NCBI GenBank assembly: GCA_963842395.1
Contig: CAWJGJ010000002.1
Location: 114,978 to 178,977 of the forward strand
Length of the DNA stretch: 64,000 nucleotides
Reading direction: 5' to 3'
DNA from: an uncultured Acidimicrobiales bacterium
Lineage (GTDB): Bacteria > Actinomycetota > Acidimicrobiia > Acidimicrobiales > VFJN01
The notes beneath the pieces are model-generated. The model was not told the DNA's origin. It ran no database searches and worked only from the letters and a program-made list of their open reading frames with translations. The position numbers and the translations under genes were made by a program. Positions 52,627 to 62,013 of this stretch are shown here, piece after piece. How positions within the stretch are numbered: the stretch's first letter is position 1; every line of letters starts with the position of its first letter.

Positions 52627-53377
52627 TCACGACGGTGAGGGAGCGGCTTGCCGCCCCATGACCTCCTCGAACAGGTCGAGCATCGCCCGCCACGCCCGGT
52701 CGGCGGCCACCGGGTCGTAGGCGAGCCCGGGGATCCCGGCCCGGTCTGCGCGTGGGTGGGTGAAGCTGTGCTGCACCCCGCCGTACAGGTGCATGCGCCA
52801 GTCGACGCCACCGGCCCGCATCTCGGCCTCGAACGCGGCACGCACGTCGCCGTCGACGTAGGGGTCCTCGGAGCCGACGCAGACCAACACCGTGCCGGTG
52901 ATGTTGCGAGCGTCGTCGGGCCGGGCGGTGCCGAGGCCAGGGTGGAACCCGACCACGGCCCGCAGGTCGGCCCCGCCGCGGGCGAGCTCGATCACCAGGG
53001 TGCCGCCGAAGCAGTAGCCGATGGCGGCCATCCGGGACGCGTCGACCCGGGGATGGCTGCCGCAGCACCCCGAGCGCCCGGTCGGCGATGGCGCGGGCCC
53101 GCTCGGGGTCGTTGCTGATGGCGGCCACCCGCTCGCGGATGCGGGGATCGCCGAGCCGGGATCGCCCGCCGCCGTGGGCGTCGAGGGCGAACGCGACGTA
53201 ACCAAGCTCCGCCAGCCGGTCGGCACGCTCACGATGCACGTCGTCGAGGCCGGGCGCCTCGTGGGCCACCAGCACGGCGGGCAGGGCCGCACCGGCGTCG
53301 TCGTCCGGCACCGCCAGGTGCCCGACCATCACGAGCCCGCCGTCCGCCTCGTACTCGACCTCGCTCGTCGTCACCAT
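52627..53377 (-). pseudogene. Dienelactone hydrolase family protein with one frameshift
   Basis: N-terminal half in the frame of ORF 52508..53407 (PAVLVAHEAPGLDDVHRERADRLAELGYVAFALD ... ALGVLRQ). C-terminal half in ORF 52627..53292 (HPRVDASRMAAIGYCFGGT ...). Shift near 53052-53058. Confidence 0.8.
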
Positions 53378-53447
53378 CCACCCGAACCTACGCCCGGAGC
53401 GGCACAACGCGCAACCAAACTGTTGCGTATTCGGCCCGCCACGGCCG

Positions 53448-53834
53448 TCAGGTCCTGCGGTCGGCGGCCGCCTTCTTCACGAAGAGCGCCGGCAGGATCA
53501 GCCCGGCCACCAGTGCCCCCGCCCAGACGATGACGGTCGCGAGCAGCCAGGTCATGGCGCCGCTGATCGACAGCCCGTCCGAGACGAGCGTCGTGACCAC
53601 GAGCCCGACGAAGGTGGCGATGAGCGCGGAGCTCCCGAGGATCGCTCGGCTGTGGCGCACGCCGATCTGGGTGATCAGCGGCTGGATCACGACCTCGACG
53701 ACCGTGAAGATCACGACCGCGAGCACGAACGCGCCGCCGTCGATCGTCACGTCGTCCAGCACCGCGTTGGTGATCAGCAGCGCGATGGCGTTGGCGACGA
53801 GGTAGATCACCGCCGAGACCAGCAGCCGGATCAT
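53448..53834 (-). CDS. Small 4-TM membrane protein (DUF360 / phage-holin-4-like family)
   Basis: MIRLLVSAVIYLVANAIALLI ... four hydrophobic helices, basic C-terminus. Confidence 0.75.
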   Translation of the reverse strand: MIRLLVSAVIYLVANAIALLITNAVLDDVTIDGGAFVLAVVIFTVVEVVIQPLITQIGVRHSRAILGSSALIATFVGLVVTTLVSDGLSISGAMTWLLATVIVWAGALVAGLILPALFVKKAAADRRT

Positions 53835-53983
53835 CGGACCCCAGCCTGTCCACGCCGGCGCATGAGCCGACGATGGGCTCCCGGGCTTCGGGGAGCGTCA
53901 CCCCCGTCGGGTGATCTCCGAGCCCGCGTGCGATGTGCATCAGGAGCCGAGCGGCGCCGCTCGGGTCAGCACATACTGTCCGC

Positions 53984-54502
53984 GTGGAGGCCGTACTGCT
54001 CACCGGTTTGTTCGGTGTGGGCAAGTCGACGATCGCTGCCGAGATGGCCGACCTTCTGGAGGAAGCAGGCCTGCCGCACGCGGCGCTCGACCTCGACTGG
54101 CTGACGTGGTGCAACGTCGGCGACGGTGACCGAGCCAGCGAACACTCCATGTTGTTGCGCAACCTCGACGCCGTCGTGGCCAACTATCGCGAGGCCGGTG
54201 TGCGCTACTTCGTGCTCGCTCGATGGGTCCAGGATCGCGACGAGCTTGGAAGCCTCACTGCCACGATGGCGATGCCGGTGCACACGGTTGAACTGCTGGT
54301 GCCGCTCGACGAGATCAAGCGGCGCCTCGCGACCGATCCGACGGCCGGACGGCGTGATGACCTCGCCGAGTCGGCCGCGTGGGTGGAGCAGGGACGCGGC
54401 GGGGGCTTGGCCGACTACACGGTCGACAACGATCGTCGCGTTCGCGACGTCGCGGCCGACGTTCTCCGGAAGCTGTCTTGGCCACTGCAGGCAGGCGGGT
54501 GA
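53984..54502 (+). CDS. P-loop NTPase/kinase-like protein
   Basis: Walker A LTGLFGVGKST. GTG 53984 (the ORF track starts at 53933). Confidence 0.65.
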   Translation: MEAVLLTGLFGVGKSTIAAEMADLLEEAGLPHAALDLDWLTWCNVGDGDRASEHSMLLRNLDAVVANYREAGVRYFVLARWVQDRDELGSLTATMAMPVHTVELLVPLDEIKRRLATDPTAGRRDDLAESAAWVEQGRGGGLADYTVDNDRRVRDVAADVLRKLSWPLQAGG

Positions 54503-54659
54503 CGACGCCCCAGGGTCCACACCGCCGCAACGCTGGGCCACGGACGCGTTATCGCCCGGGCCCGGGCGCTTACCTGCCGGCGCTTGCGTCGTCGTGAAGC
54601 ACAGCACGTTGCCGGGCAGACCATCCCGCCGCGCACCGGCGGCCCGGTAGCGTTCCGGC

Positions 54660-55079
54660 ATGACCGTGCTCACCCCGGAGGCCCGGGACGTTCTGACCAG
54701 CGGGCGGCTCGCCCACCTCGTGACGGTCAACGCCGACGGCAGCCCGCAGGTCAGCATCGTCTGGGTCGGCCTCGACGGGGACGAGATCGTGAGCGGCCAC
54801 CTCGCTGTCCGCCAGAAGCTGCGCAACGTCGAGCGCGACCCCCGAGTGGTGCTCTCCCTCGAGAGCGGGCACCGAAACGCCATGGGTCTCGACGAGTACC
54901 TCGTCGTGCGCGGCACCGCCCGGGTGACCGCGGGCGGTGCGCCCGAACTGCTGCAGCAGCTCGCACACGTCTACCTCGGCGCCGACGTGAGGTTCCCGCC
55001 GGTCGACGATCCGCCGCCCGGCTATGTGCTGCGCATCACGCCCGAAAGCATCGGCGGCGTCGGGCCATGGTCGAGCTGA
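54660..55079 (+). CDS. PPOX-class (pyridoxamine-5'-phosphate-oxidase-like) probable F420-dependent enzyme
   Basis: LTSGRLAHLVTVNADGSPQVSIVWVGLDGDEIV ... RKLRNVERDPRVVLSL ... YLVVRGTARV. Confidence 0.85.
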   Translation: MTVLTPEARDVLTSGRLAHLVTVNADGSPQVSIVWVGLDGDEIVSGHLAVRQKLRNVERDPRVVLSLESGHRNAMGLDEYLVVRGTARVTAGGAPELLQQLAHVYLGADVRFPPVDDPPPGYVLRITPESIGGVGPWSS

Positions 55080-55246
55080 CGCCAGCCGGCGCCGGCTCCC
55101 GGCCCGAGCGCGGTGGGCGCGCCGACCAGCACTGAACCACACGCCGCCACGGCCGCCCGCCGTTGCCTGTGCGGGCAGACGCGAATCCCGCAGCACGACG
55201 ATGGCGTGGCGAGCGCCTCCTGGGTAGCACCGCGGGGACGTGGCGC

Positions 55247-56737
55247 TCATCCGATGGTGCGTAGGAACGGGACAAAGGTCTCGACCAGTGGATTCTGCGA
55301 GGTCTCGACCCCCATCGGGTCGGTGTGGGTGAGCCGATCGCTCTCGTCGACCAGCGTGAGCTGGCTGTCGGGGATGCCCGACTGCTGGGCCAGCAGCCGG
55401 GCGCCGTTCAGCACCCGGCCCTTCCCGAAGGTCGTCTCCAGGGCGTAGATCGGCAAGTCCAGTTCGGTGCCGTGGATCGCTCGCACACCCAGCAGCTCCT
55501 GGGCCGGGTTCTCGACGCCGCCGTTGACTGCCCCGCTGTCGATCGACAGGCGCCTCGGGTGGTACCAGGCGGTGCCGTCGATGCCGAGGCTCTCGTCTCC
55601 GTCGGCGCCCTCCACCAGGCCCGAGAACATGCGAGCAGCACGCTCGACCGGCACCAGATCGTCGTCGACCCAGCCGCGAGGATCGCCGCTGTCGGCCAAG
55701 CGGCCGATGTGCATCTGGACCAGCTCGAGGCCGTCGGGGCTGGTGTCGACGTCGAGCGCGTAGCCGTACTCCGCGGCGTTGGTCGGTGCCACCGGCGGCT
55801 TGAGGTTCTGCGGGATGAGCGGCGACGCGTAGCCGATCGACGGCTCGTCGGGCTCGAGCACGGTGGCGGTCGATCCCAGCGAGTTGAACACCCCTGCCGC
55901 CCACGGCAGCCCCAACCCGACGATGTCGTTGAACGCCGACCCGGTCTCCAGCTCGGTCAGTTCGGCCTGCGCCTCCTCCACCGTGGGTGCCTGGCCGGAT
56001 CCGCTGCCCCCGTCGATGAGCGCGAGCCCGCCAGGTCCTCAGCACCCGCACGGCCCTCGAAGTCCCAGGTGGCGTAGGCAACCGTGATCGACCCGCCCAG
56101 CGAGTGCCCACCCAGCACCACCTCGCCGCCAAGGCTCGCCGCCTCCTCGATGACGGCGTGTAGGTCGTCGATCGCGACCGCCATGCCCCACTCGCGGGCG
56201 AAGTCCACTGACGCCTGGTCCCCGCCCACGCCACCGACCGGCTCGAAGTGCTCGGCGATGCTGTCGTCGCCGAGCCAGCCGAGGTAGTAGTCGAACGTCT
56301 CCTGCGTGGTGGCGTCGCCGGCCACCCGGTCGTCCAACGTGCTGTGGTCTTCGAGCAGGTTCTCGCGGCGGTCGATGGACCACACCTGCCAGCCGTCGAG
56401 CACGTCGACGATGTCCAGCGCGACCGGCGTGAAATAGGCGGCGCCCGCCGACGTGCCGGGCACGAGCACCAGCACGTTCTCGGCCTCGGCGGGGCCATGC
56501 TCGATGACCCGCACCCGGTTGTACTCAGCCGGCCCAGGACCGGCCTCCACCTCGACCGTCTCGACCCGCACCTGGGGACCAGAGGTCTCGGCACCCGTGG
56601 CGCCGTCGTCATCACCAACCGGCGGTTGGGCAGCCCCGTCGTCATCCCCGCCGTCGTCACCCCCGCCGCAGGCGCCGGCTACCAGCACCGAGCGCGGCGC
56701 TCACCGCCATCAGCCGTCGCCCGGTCGTTCGCACCAT
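55247..56737 (-). pseudogene. Secreted alpha/beta-hydrolase lipoprotein interrupted by two frameshifts
   Basis: GGGGGA RBS before ATG 56737. Signal n- and h-region MVRTTGRRLMAVSAALG, then a shift near 56680-56692 to (V)LVAGACGGG (lipobox). GHSLGG nucleophile. Second shift near 56024-56030 joins ...EDLAG to LALIDGGSGSGQAPTVEEAQAELTE.... Confidence 0.75.
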
Positions 56738-57385
56738 CCTGTCGTCCCCCTCTCGACAAAACAGTACACTGGTGTGCCACAACGCGGCGGCAGGTCCCCG
56801 GTCGTCAGCGGCCGACGCGCCGCTGGCGAGCACGGACGAGACGATCGCCCGCACATCGGCATCGGAGGTGCGGCCGCGGCGCAGCAGCTGGCGATAGAAG
56901 ATCGGCCCCGACAGCAAATCGACCATGAGGCCGGCATCCGCGTCCGGCGAGATCTGACCCTCGGCGATGGCCACCAGCAATCGCTCGACGATCGGCGCAC
57001 GTCGATCCTCCACAAACGCTGCGTGCAGCGCCGAGATCACCGGGTCACGCTGCGCCGCCACCAACAGCGCCGGCAGCGAGCGCCGCATCGTCGCCGACTC
57101 CACCACGTCGCGCACACCCACGAACAGCCCCACCAGGTCCTCGGCCAGATCGTCGGTGTGCGGCACCCGGTTCGACGGCGCCACTCTCCCCCACGCCTCC
57201 GAGATCAACTCCGACGGGCTCGACCAGTGCCGGTAGAGCGTCGTACGCGACACCCCCGTCTCCCTGCTCACCCGACCGAACGTCACGCTCCCCAGGCCCT
57301 CGGTCCTGAGCAACCGCTGCACGGCATCGAGCACCTTGGCCACAGTGCGCTCGACACGCGCGTCCCGCCGATCCGTGATCGCCAT
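56657..57385 (-). CDS. TetR-family transcriptional regulator (3' end uncertain)
   Basis: VTFGRVSRETGVSRTTLYRHWSSPSELI HTH. ATG 57385. The ORF has no stop before the hydrolase ATG and runs in frame through its signal peptide. A TGA in another frame at 56807-56805 would give a normal ~193-aa TetR. Confidence 0.75.
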   Translation of the reverse strand: MAITDRRDARVERTVAKVLDAVQRLLRTEGLGSVTFGRVSRETGVSRTTLYRHWSSPSELISEAWGRVAPSNRVPHTDDLAEDLVGLFVGVRDVVESATMRRSLPALLVAAQRDPVISALHAAFVEDRRAPIVERLLVAIAEGQISPDADAGLMVDLLSGPIFYRQLLRRGRTSDADVRAIVSSVLASGASAADDRGPAAALWHTSVLFCREGDDRMVRTTGRRLMAVSAALGAGSRRLRRG

Positions 57386-57621
57386 CGCCCGGCACCGTAC
57401 AAGCACGCCGCGCAGAGTGACCGACGTCACTGTTCTCTCCCGAGCGACTGCACCACGCGTCGCGCCCTCGTCCCGTGGCTGGGAGGACCCGTCTCCTCGG
57501 ATGACCTCGAACCGTGCGGCGGCGGTCGACGCGTACAGGCGTACCGATTCGCGTACCGGTCACCTCGGGTGGTCGAGTCGACAACACCGAAATTTGTACC
57601 GTGGCCAGGGAGTTTGTGTCG

Positions 57622-57694
57622 TGGGCCCGGTGGGGATCGAACCCACGACCTAGCGATTATGAGTCGCCTGCTCTGACCACTGAGCTACAGGCCC
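57622..57694 (-). tRNA. tRNA-Met (anticodon CAT), elongator-like
   Basis: Minus strand GGGCCTGTAGCTCAGTGGTCAGAGCAGGCGACTCATAATCGCTAGGTCGTGGGTTCGATCCCCACCGGGCCCA folds as a cloverleaf (7-bp acceptor, GTTCGATCC T-loop). It lacks the three G-C pairs of initiator tRNAs. A lysidine-modified tRNA-Ile2 cannot be excluded. Confidence 0.85.
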
Positions 57695-57707
57695 AGGTCG
57701 TGACCAG

Positions 57708-57780
57708 CTCCGGGGGTGGGGCTCGAACCCACGACCCACGGATTAACAATCCGTTGCTCTGCCAACTGAGCTACCCCGGA
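57708..57780 (-). tRNA. tRNA-Asn (anticodon GTT)
   Basis: Minus strand TCCGGGGTAGCTCAGTTGGCAGAGCAACGGATTGTTAATCCGTGGGTCGTGGGTTCGAGCCCCACCCCCGGAG. Perfect acceptor, anticodon and T stems. Confidence 0.95.
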
Positions 57781-57818
57781 AGGGAAGTCAGACCATAGCA
57801 GCACCCGCCAGCGGAAAA

Positions 57819-59183
57819 TCAGGCGCCCTCGAGGTACTCGCGCAGCTTCTGCGACCGGTGAGGATGGCGCAGTTTGGCGAGCGTCTTCGACTCGATCTGG
57901 CGGATCCGCTCGCGGGTCACCCCGAAGTGCTTGCCCACTTCTTCGAGCGTGCGGGGCTGCTCGTCGTCGAGGCCGAACCGCATGATGACGACGTCCTTCT
58001 CGCGCTCGTTGAGCTCGCCGAGGACGTTGCGGACCTCGTTCTGGAGCATCTGGCGGGTGGCGGCGTCGTCGGGCTCCTCGGCCCCGTCGTCCTTGATGAA
58101 GTCGGCGAGGTACGAGTCGTCCTCCTCGCCCACCGGCGAGTCGAGCGACAGGGGGTCGAGGGAGATGCGCTGGATCTCGCGCACCCGGTCGGGCGTCATG
58201 CCGACCTCCTCGGCCAGCTCGTCGACCGTGGGCTCGCGCTCGAGCTGCTGCACCATCTGGCGCTGCACCCGGTGCACCCGGTTGATCGACTCGACCATGT
58301 GCACCGGTATCCGGATGGTGCGCGCCTGGTCGGCGATGGACCGGGTGATGGCCTGGCGGATCCACCAGGTGGCATAGGTCGAGAACTTGAAGCCCTTGGT
58401 GTAGTCGAACTTCTCGACCGCACGCATGAGGCCCATGTTGCCCTCTTGGATGAGATCGAGGAGCTGCATGCCCCGACCCACGTAGCGCTTGGCGATCGAC
58501 ACGACCAGCCGCAGGTTGGCCTGGATGAGGCCGCTCTTGGCATCGTCGCCGTCGTCGGCCAGGTGCTGCAGCCGGCGGGCCTCGTCGGCGTCGAGGCGGA
58601 CGAGCTCGCCGGCGGCGTCGAGCTCGGCGAGCTGCACCGACGCCTCGACCCCGGCCTCGATGCGCTTGGCCAGCGACACCTCTTCCGCGGCCACCAGCAG
58701 GGGCACCCGGCCGATCTCGCGCAGGTACATGCGCACCGGATCGGACGTCCCGGTGGCGCCGCGCTCGGCCGCCTGGGAGGCGTTGAGGCGGCTGCGCCGC
58801 CGGAGACCGGCCGACGTGCGCCGGATGTGGGCCGGATCGGTGATGCGGGGACCAGCACCGGCGTTGAAGACCACCACGGTGGCTTCGCCGCTGTCGGCGT
58901 CGGCCAACACGACGTCGCCCACGGGCGAGCCGCCGGAGCCGATCTCGGTGACCGCGGCGTCGCCGAGGTCGACGTCGTCGAGCTCCTCGACCTCGATGCC
59001 CGCGGCCCGGCACCGCCGGTAGATCTCCTCGAGCACCTCGGGCGTCATCTCGACGTGCTGCAGGGCGTCGACCAGGTCGTGCTGGGAGATCCGACCTGAC
59101 TCGCGTGCGCTCTCGACCAGCTTGGTCAGCTCGGCCTCGGCCAAGCCGTTCCATGTGTCGAGCCTCGATGGCACGTCGCTCAC
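57819..59183 (-). CDS. rpoD: Principal (group 1-like) RNA polymerase sigma-70 factor
   Basis: Regions 1.2-4.2 intact ([78 protein letters not shown]). GTG 59183 overlaps the dnaG TGA (GTGA). Confidence 0.95.
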   Translation of the reverse strand: MSDVPSRLDTWNGLAEAELTKLVESARESGRISQHDLVDALQHVEMTPEVLEEIYRRCRAAGIEVEELDDVDLGDAAVTEIGSGGSPVGDVVLADADSGEATVVVFNAGAGPRITDPAHIRRTSAGLRRRSRLNASQAAERGATGTSDPVRMYLREIGRVPLLVAAEEVSLAKRIEAGVEASVQLAELDAAGELVRLDADEARRLQHLADDGDDAKSGLIQANLRLVVSIAKRYVGRGMQLLDLIQEGNMGLMRAVEKFDYTKGFKFSTYATWWIRQAITRSIADQARTIRIPVHMVESINRVHRVQRQMVQQLEREPTVDELAEEVGMTPDRVREIQRISLDPLSLDSPVGEEDDSYLADFIKDDGAEEPDDAATRQMLQNEVRNVLGELNEREKDVVIMRFGLDDEQPRTLEEVGKHFGVTRERIRQIESKTLAKLRHPHRSQKLREYLEGA

Positions 59184-61102
59184 CCCTCGTCTCCGACCCG
59201 TTCTGCCAGCCAGGCTAGCAACCGCTCGGCCGAGCCCGCCGCCGATTGCCCGTTGCGCAGGCCGTCCACCACCCGCGTCAGGGTCGCGAGATCGGTCAAC
59301 GCCTGGGTGCCGTCGGCCTCGCTGGCACCTACCAGGCGCACGGCCGCGATCTCCCGGCGGGCCACCTCCATGTGCAGCAGGCGCACGGCGTCGAACGGCT
59401 GGGACTCGGGCTCCGCCACCAGCAAGCGGGCCAGCAGGTCGGCCACCTCGGGCGGCGCCGAGGCCAGCGCGTCGGCGTGGGTGTCGGCGTCCAGCAGCGC
59501 CTGGTACACGCCCATCTGGACCGGGTCGTCGAACATCGCCGGGGCGAGCCAGCGGGCCACGGCACCGGGGTCGTGGACGGCGTGGCGCAGCACCTCCAGC
59601 GCCGGGCCGTCGCGGAGCGGCGGCCGGGCGGCGGGCGGTGTGCCGGATGCGGCCGAGCCGCCGGGCGGGGGAGCCTCGCCGTCGGGACGGTTCTCGACCG
59701 CCCGGCCCCCGCCGGAGCCGCCCGATGCCCGGCCCCCGCCGGAGGCGCCCGCCCGCCCGGCGCCCGACGCCCGGCCCCCGCCGGCGTCGGCGGGCCGGCG
59801 GGCGGGCCGCCGGCGTTGCTCGTCGAGCATCGTCCGCAGGCGGTCGGGCTCGACGCGGCACCGGGAGGCGACATCCATCAGGTACTGGTCGCGCACGAGC
59901 TCGGTCGGGTGCTCGGCCACGATCTCGAGCGCCCGCTCCGCCGCCCGGGCCCTCCCCTCGTTGCTGGCCAGGTCGGCGGCGGCGAACACCCGGTCGAGAC
60001 GGAAGCGCAGGAACGGCGTGGCACCCTCGACCGCGGCGGCGAGGCGGGCCGGGTCGGTGCGGGCCACGTCGGCCGGGTCCTGTCCCACGGGCAGGTCGGC
60101 GACGGCCACCTCGAGGTCGTGGTCACGCTCCCACCGGTAGAACCGCTCGGCGGCTGCCTGACCGGCGCCGTCGGCGTCGAACGCCAGCACCAGGCGCTGG
60201 GCCGCGAACCGTGTGAGCAGGGTGACGTGCTCGTCGGTGAGCGCCGTGCCGCACGTGGCGACGGCCAGCGGGACGCCCGCCCGGTGGAAGCCGATGACAT
60301 CGGTGTAGCCCTCGCAGACGACGGCCGTGCCCTGGCTGACGATCGAGGTCTTGGCCCGGTCGAGCCCGTACAGCACCTTCGACTTGTTGTAGAGGCGCGT
60401 CTCGGTGGTGTTCTTGTACTTGCCCTGGTTGCCCGGGCCCTCGCCTCCCGGCAGGATGCGCCCGCCGAAGCTGATGGGATCGCCCCGGTCGTCGTTGATG
60501 GGGAACACGATGCGGGCCCGGAAGTGGTCGTTGAGCCGGCCCCGGGAGTTCTCGCGGGCCAGCCCCGTGCCCTCGCCCAGCTCCTTGTCGAGCCGCAGCG
60601 CGCGGGTGAGGGCGTCCCAGGCGTCGGGGGCCCAGCCGATCTGGAAGTCGCGCACCACGTCGCCGTCGAGGCCCCGTTCGCGGAGGTAGCGGCGGGCGGC
60701 CCCCGCGTCGGGCCCGGTCAGCAGCCGCTCGTGGTACCAGGCGACGGCCCGGGCCAGCGTGTCGACGTAGCGGGCCCGGCGCTTGCGGCTCTCGCCCTGG
60801 TCGCGGTCGGTGTAGCGCAGGGTGATGCCCGCCTTGGCGGCCAGCCATTCGACGGCGCCGGTGAAGTCGAGCTGCTGGCGCTCGCGCACGAAGGTGATGG
60901 CGTCGCCCTGGGCCTGGCAGCCGAAGCAGTAGTACAGGCCCTCGCCGGCGTTGACCGAGAACGACCCGGTCTTCTCGGTGTGGAACGGGCACAGGCCCAC
61001 CCAGCGTTGCCCCACGCGCCGCAGCGGCGTGTGCTCGCTGATGATGGCCACGATGTCGGACGCGGCCTTGACCGTGGCGACGTCCTCGTCGTGGATGCCC
61101 AT
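59180..61102 (-). CDS. dnaG: DNA primase
   Basis: Zinc ribbon [35 protein letters not shown]-polymerase core, TOPRIM ([10 protein letters not shown] ... LAFDADGAG). Confidence 0.95.
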   Translation of the reverse strand: MGIHDEDVATVKAASDIVAIISEHTPLRRVGQRWVGLCPFHTEKTGSFSVNAGEGLYYCFGCQAQGDAITFVRERQQLDFTGAVEWLAAKAGITLRYTDRDQGESRKRRARYVDTLARAVAWYHERLLTGPDAGAARRYLRERGLDGDVVRDFQIGWAPDAWDALTRALRLDKELGEGTGLARENSRGRLNDHFRARIVFPINDDRGDPISFGGRILPGGEGPGNQGKYKNTTETRLYNKSKVLYGLDRAKTSIVSQGTAVVCEGYTDVIGFHRAGVPLAVATCGTALTDEHVTLLTRFAAQRLVLAFDADGAGQAAAERFYRWERDHDLEVAVADLPVGQDPADVARTDPARLAAAVEGATPFLRFRLDRVFAAADLASNEGRARAAERALEIVAEHPTELVRDQYLMDVASRCRVEPDRLRTMLDEQRRRPARRPADAGGGRASGAGRAGASGGGRASGGSGGGRAVENRPDGEAPPPGGSAASGTPPAARPPLRDGPALEVLRHAVHDPGAVARWLAPAMFDDPVQMGVYQALLDADTHADALASAPPEVADLLARLLVAEPESQPFDAVRLLHMEVARREIAAVRLVGASEADGTQALTDLATLTRVVDGLRNGQSAAGSAERLLAWLAERVGDEG

Positions 61103-61112
61103 CGAGGCGAGG

Positions 61113-61913
61113 TTACCGGCGCCTGCGCTGGGCCTTGAGCTTCTCCACCAGCTCGTCCCGCACGCCCTTGACCTGCGCCTTGGCCGCCTCCTTGGCGGCC
61201 GCCTTGGCGTCGTCGATCGGCTGGCGGGTCTCGGCCTTGATGTCGGCCTTGGCCTGGTCGGTGGCGAGCCGGGCCTGCGCCTTGAACTCGTCGCGGATGC
61301 GGGCCAGCTCGTCCTTCAGGCTGGCGATCTCCTCGCGGTGCGCCTCGAAATGCTCCTTCCAGCCGCCCGGGGAGCCGTGCCCGCCCTCCCGCCCGCCGCC
61401 CCGGTGCTGGCGCGTGCGCTGGGCGGCGGCCCGACGGGCCGTGGCGCGCGCATCGGGCTGGTCGGACAGGGTGGCGTCGTAGTCGGCCTGGGCGGCCGCC
61501 ATCTTGGTGAGGAGCCGGGCCACCGTCTGTTGCTCGCTCGCGGTGAGGGCGTCGAAGCCGCTCCGCGGCCCGTAGACCTCGGTGAGGGCCCACTCCCGGG
61601 CGTCGATGCCGGCGGGCGTGAGCTCGACGGTCTTGATGCGCCGGTCGTAGGGCGCGACCCGGCGCTCGGCCAGGCCCGCCGCCTCGAGGCCGTCGCTCAC
61701 GACGGTGACGAACGAGGCGTCGCACTGCCACTGCTCGGCCAGGTCGCGCATGGGGACCGCCGAGCCCGGCTCGAGCTCCAGCAGGGCCTTGAGCGCCGGG
61801 GGCTGGAGGCCGAGGGCGTCGGCGGCGCCGTGGAACTTCTGCTGGTTCTCGGCCGAGAAGAAGAGCTGGGTGACCGCCTCGATGATCTGGCGCGCCACCG
61901 CGTCCCGGTCCAT
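61113..61913 (-). CDS. MarR-family regulator with ~110-aa charged helical C-terminal extension
   Basis: Winged HTH PMRDLAEQWQCDASFVTVVSDGLEAAGLAERRVAPYDRRIKTVELTPAG. Tail rich in K/A/E/D heptad-like repeats (KDELARIRDEFKAQARLATDQAKADIKAE...). Stop lies 10 nt before the dnaG ATG. Confidence 0.8.
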   Translation of the reverse strand: MDRDAVARQIIEAVTQLFFSAENQQKFHGAADALGLQPPALKALLELEPGSAVPMRDLAEQWQCDASFVTVVSDGLEAAGLAERRVAPYDRRIKTVELTPAGIDAREWALTEVYGPRSGFDALTASEQQTVARLLTKMAAAQADYDATLSDQPDARATARRAAAQRTRQHRGGGREGGHGSPGGWKEHFEAHREEIASLKDELARIRDEFKAQARLATDQAKADIKAETRQPIDDAKAAAKEAAKAQVKGVRDELVEKLKAQRRRR

Positions 61914-61943
61914 GGGGCCGATGCTACCGGCGGCACCACTTCG

Positions 61944-61986
61944 TTGACAGGCTCGATCATTGTGACATAGGTATCGTTGACTCAAC
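61944..61986. promoter_or_regulatory. Divergent MarR / ABC promoter region with consensus -35 hexamer and palindrome
   Basis: TTGACA at 61944-61949. TGTGACA at 61961-61967. Palindrome GTTGA-C-TCAAC at 61976-61986. AT-rich relative to the surroundings. Confidence 0.35.
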
Positions 61987-62013
61987 TCAACAATTGGCGC
62001 GAGGGTGACCGAC

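Noticed and set aside
53448-53834. A holin-family (DUF360) membrane protein as a hint of a prophage.
   Set aside because: There are no neighbouring phage genes (endolysin, terminase, capsid, integrase). This family is widespread as a chromosomal membrane protein.
61961-61967. A third TGTCACA (minus strand) upstream of the MarR gene as another ECF41 promoter.
   Set aside because: The sequence 16 nt downstream is ACGA, not (C/T)GTC, and the conserved TGTCTTCATG block is absent.
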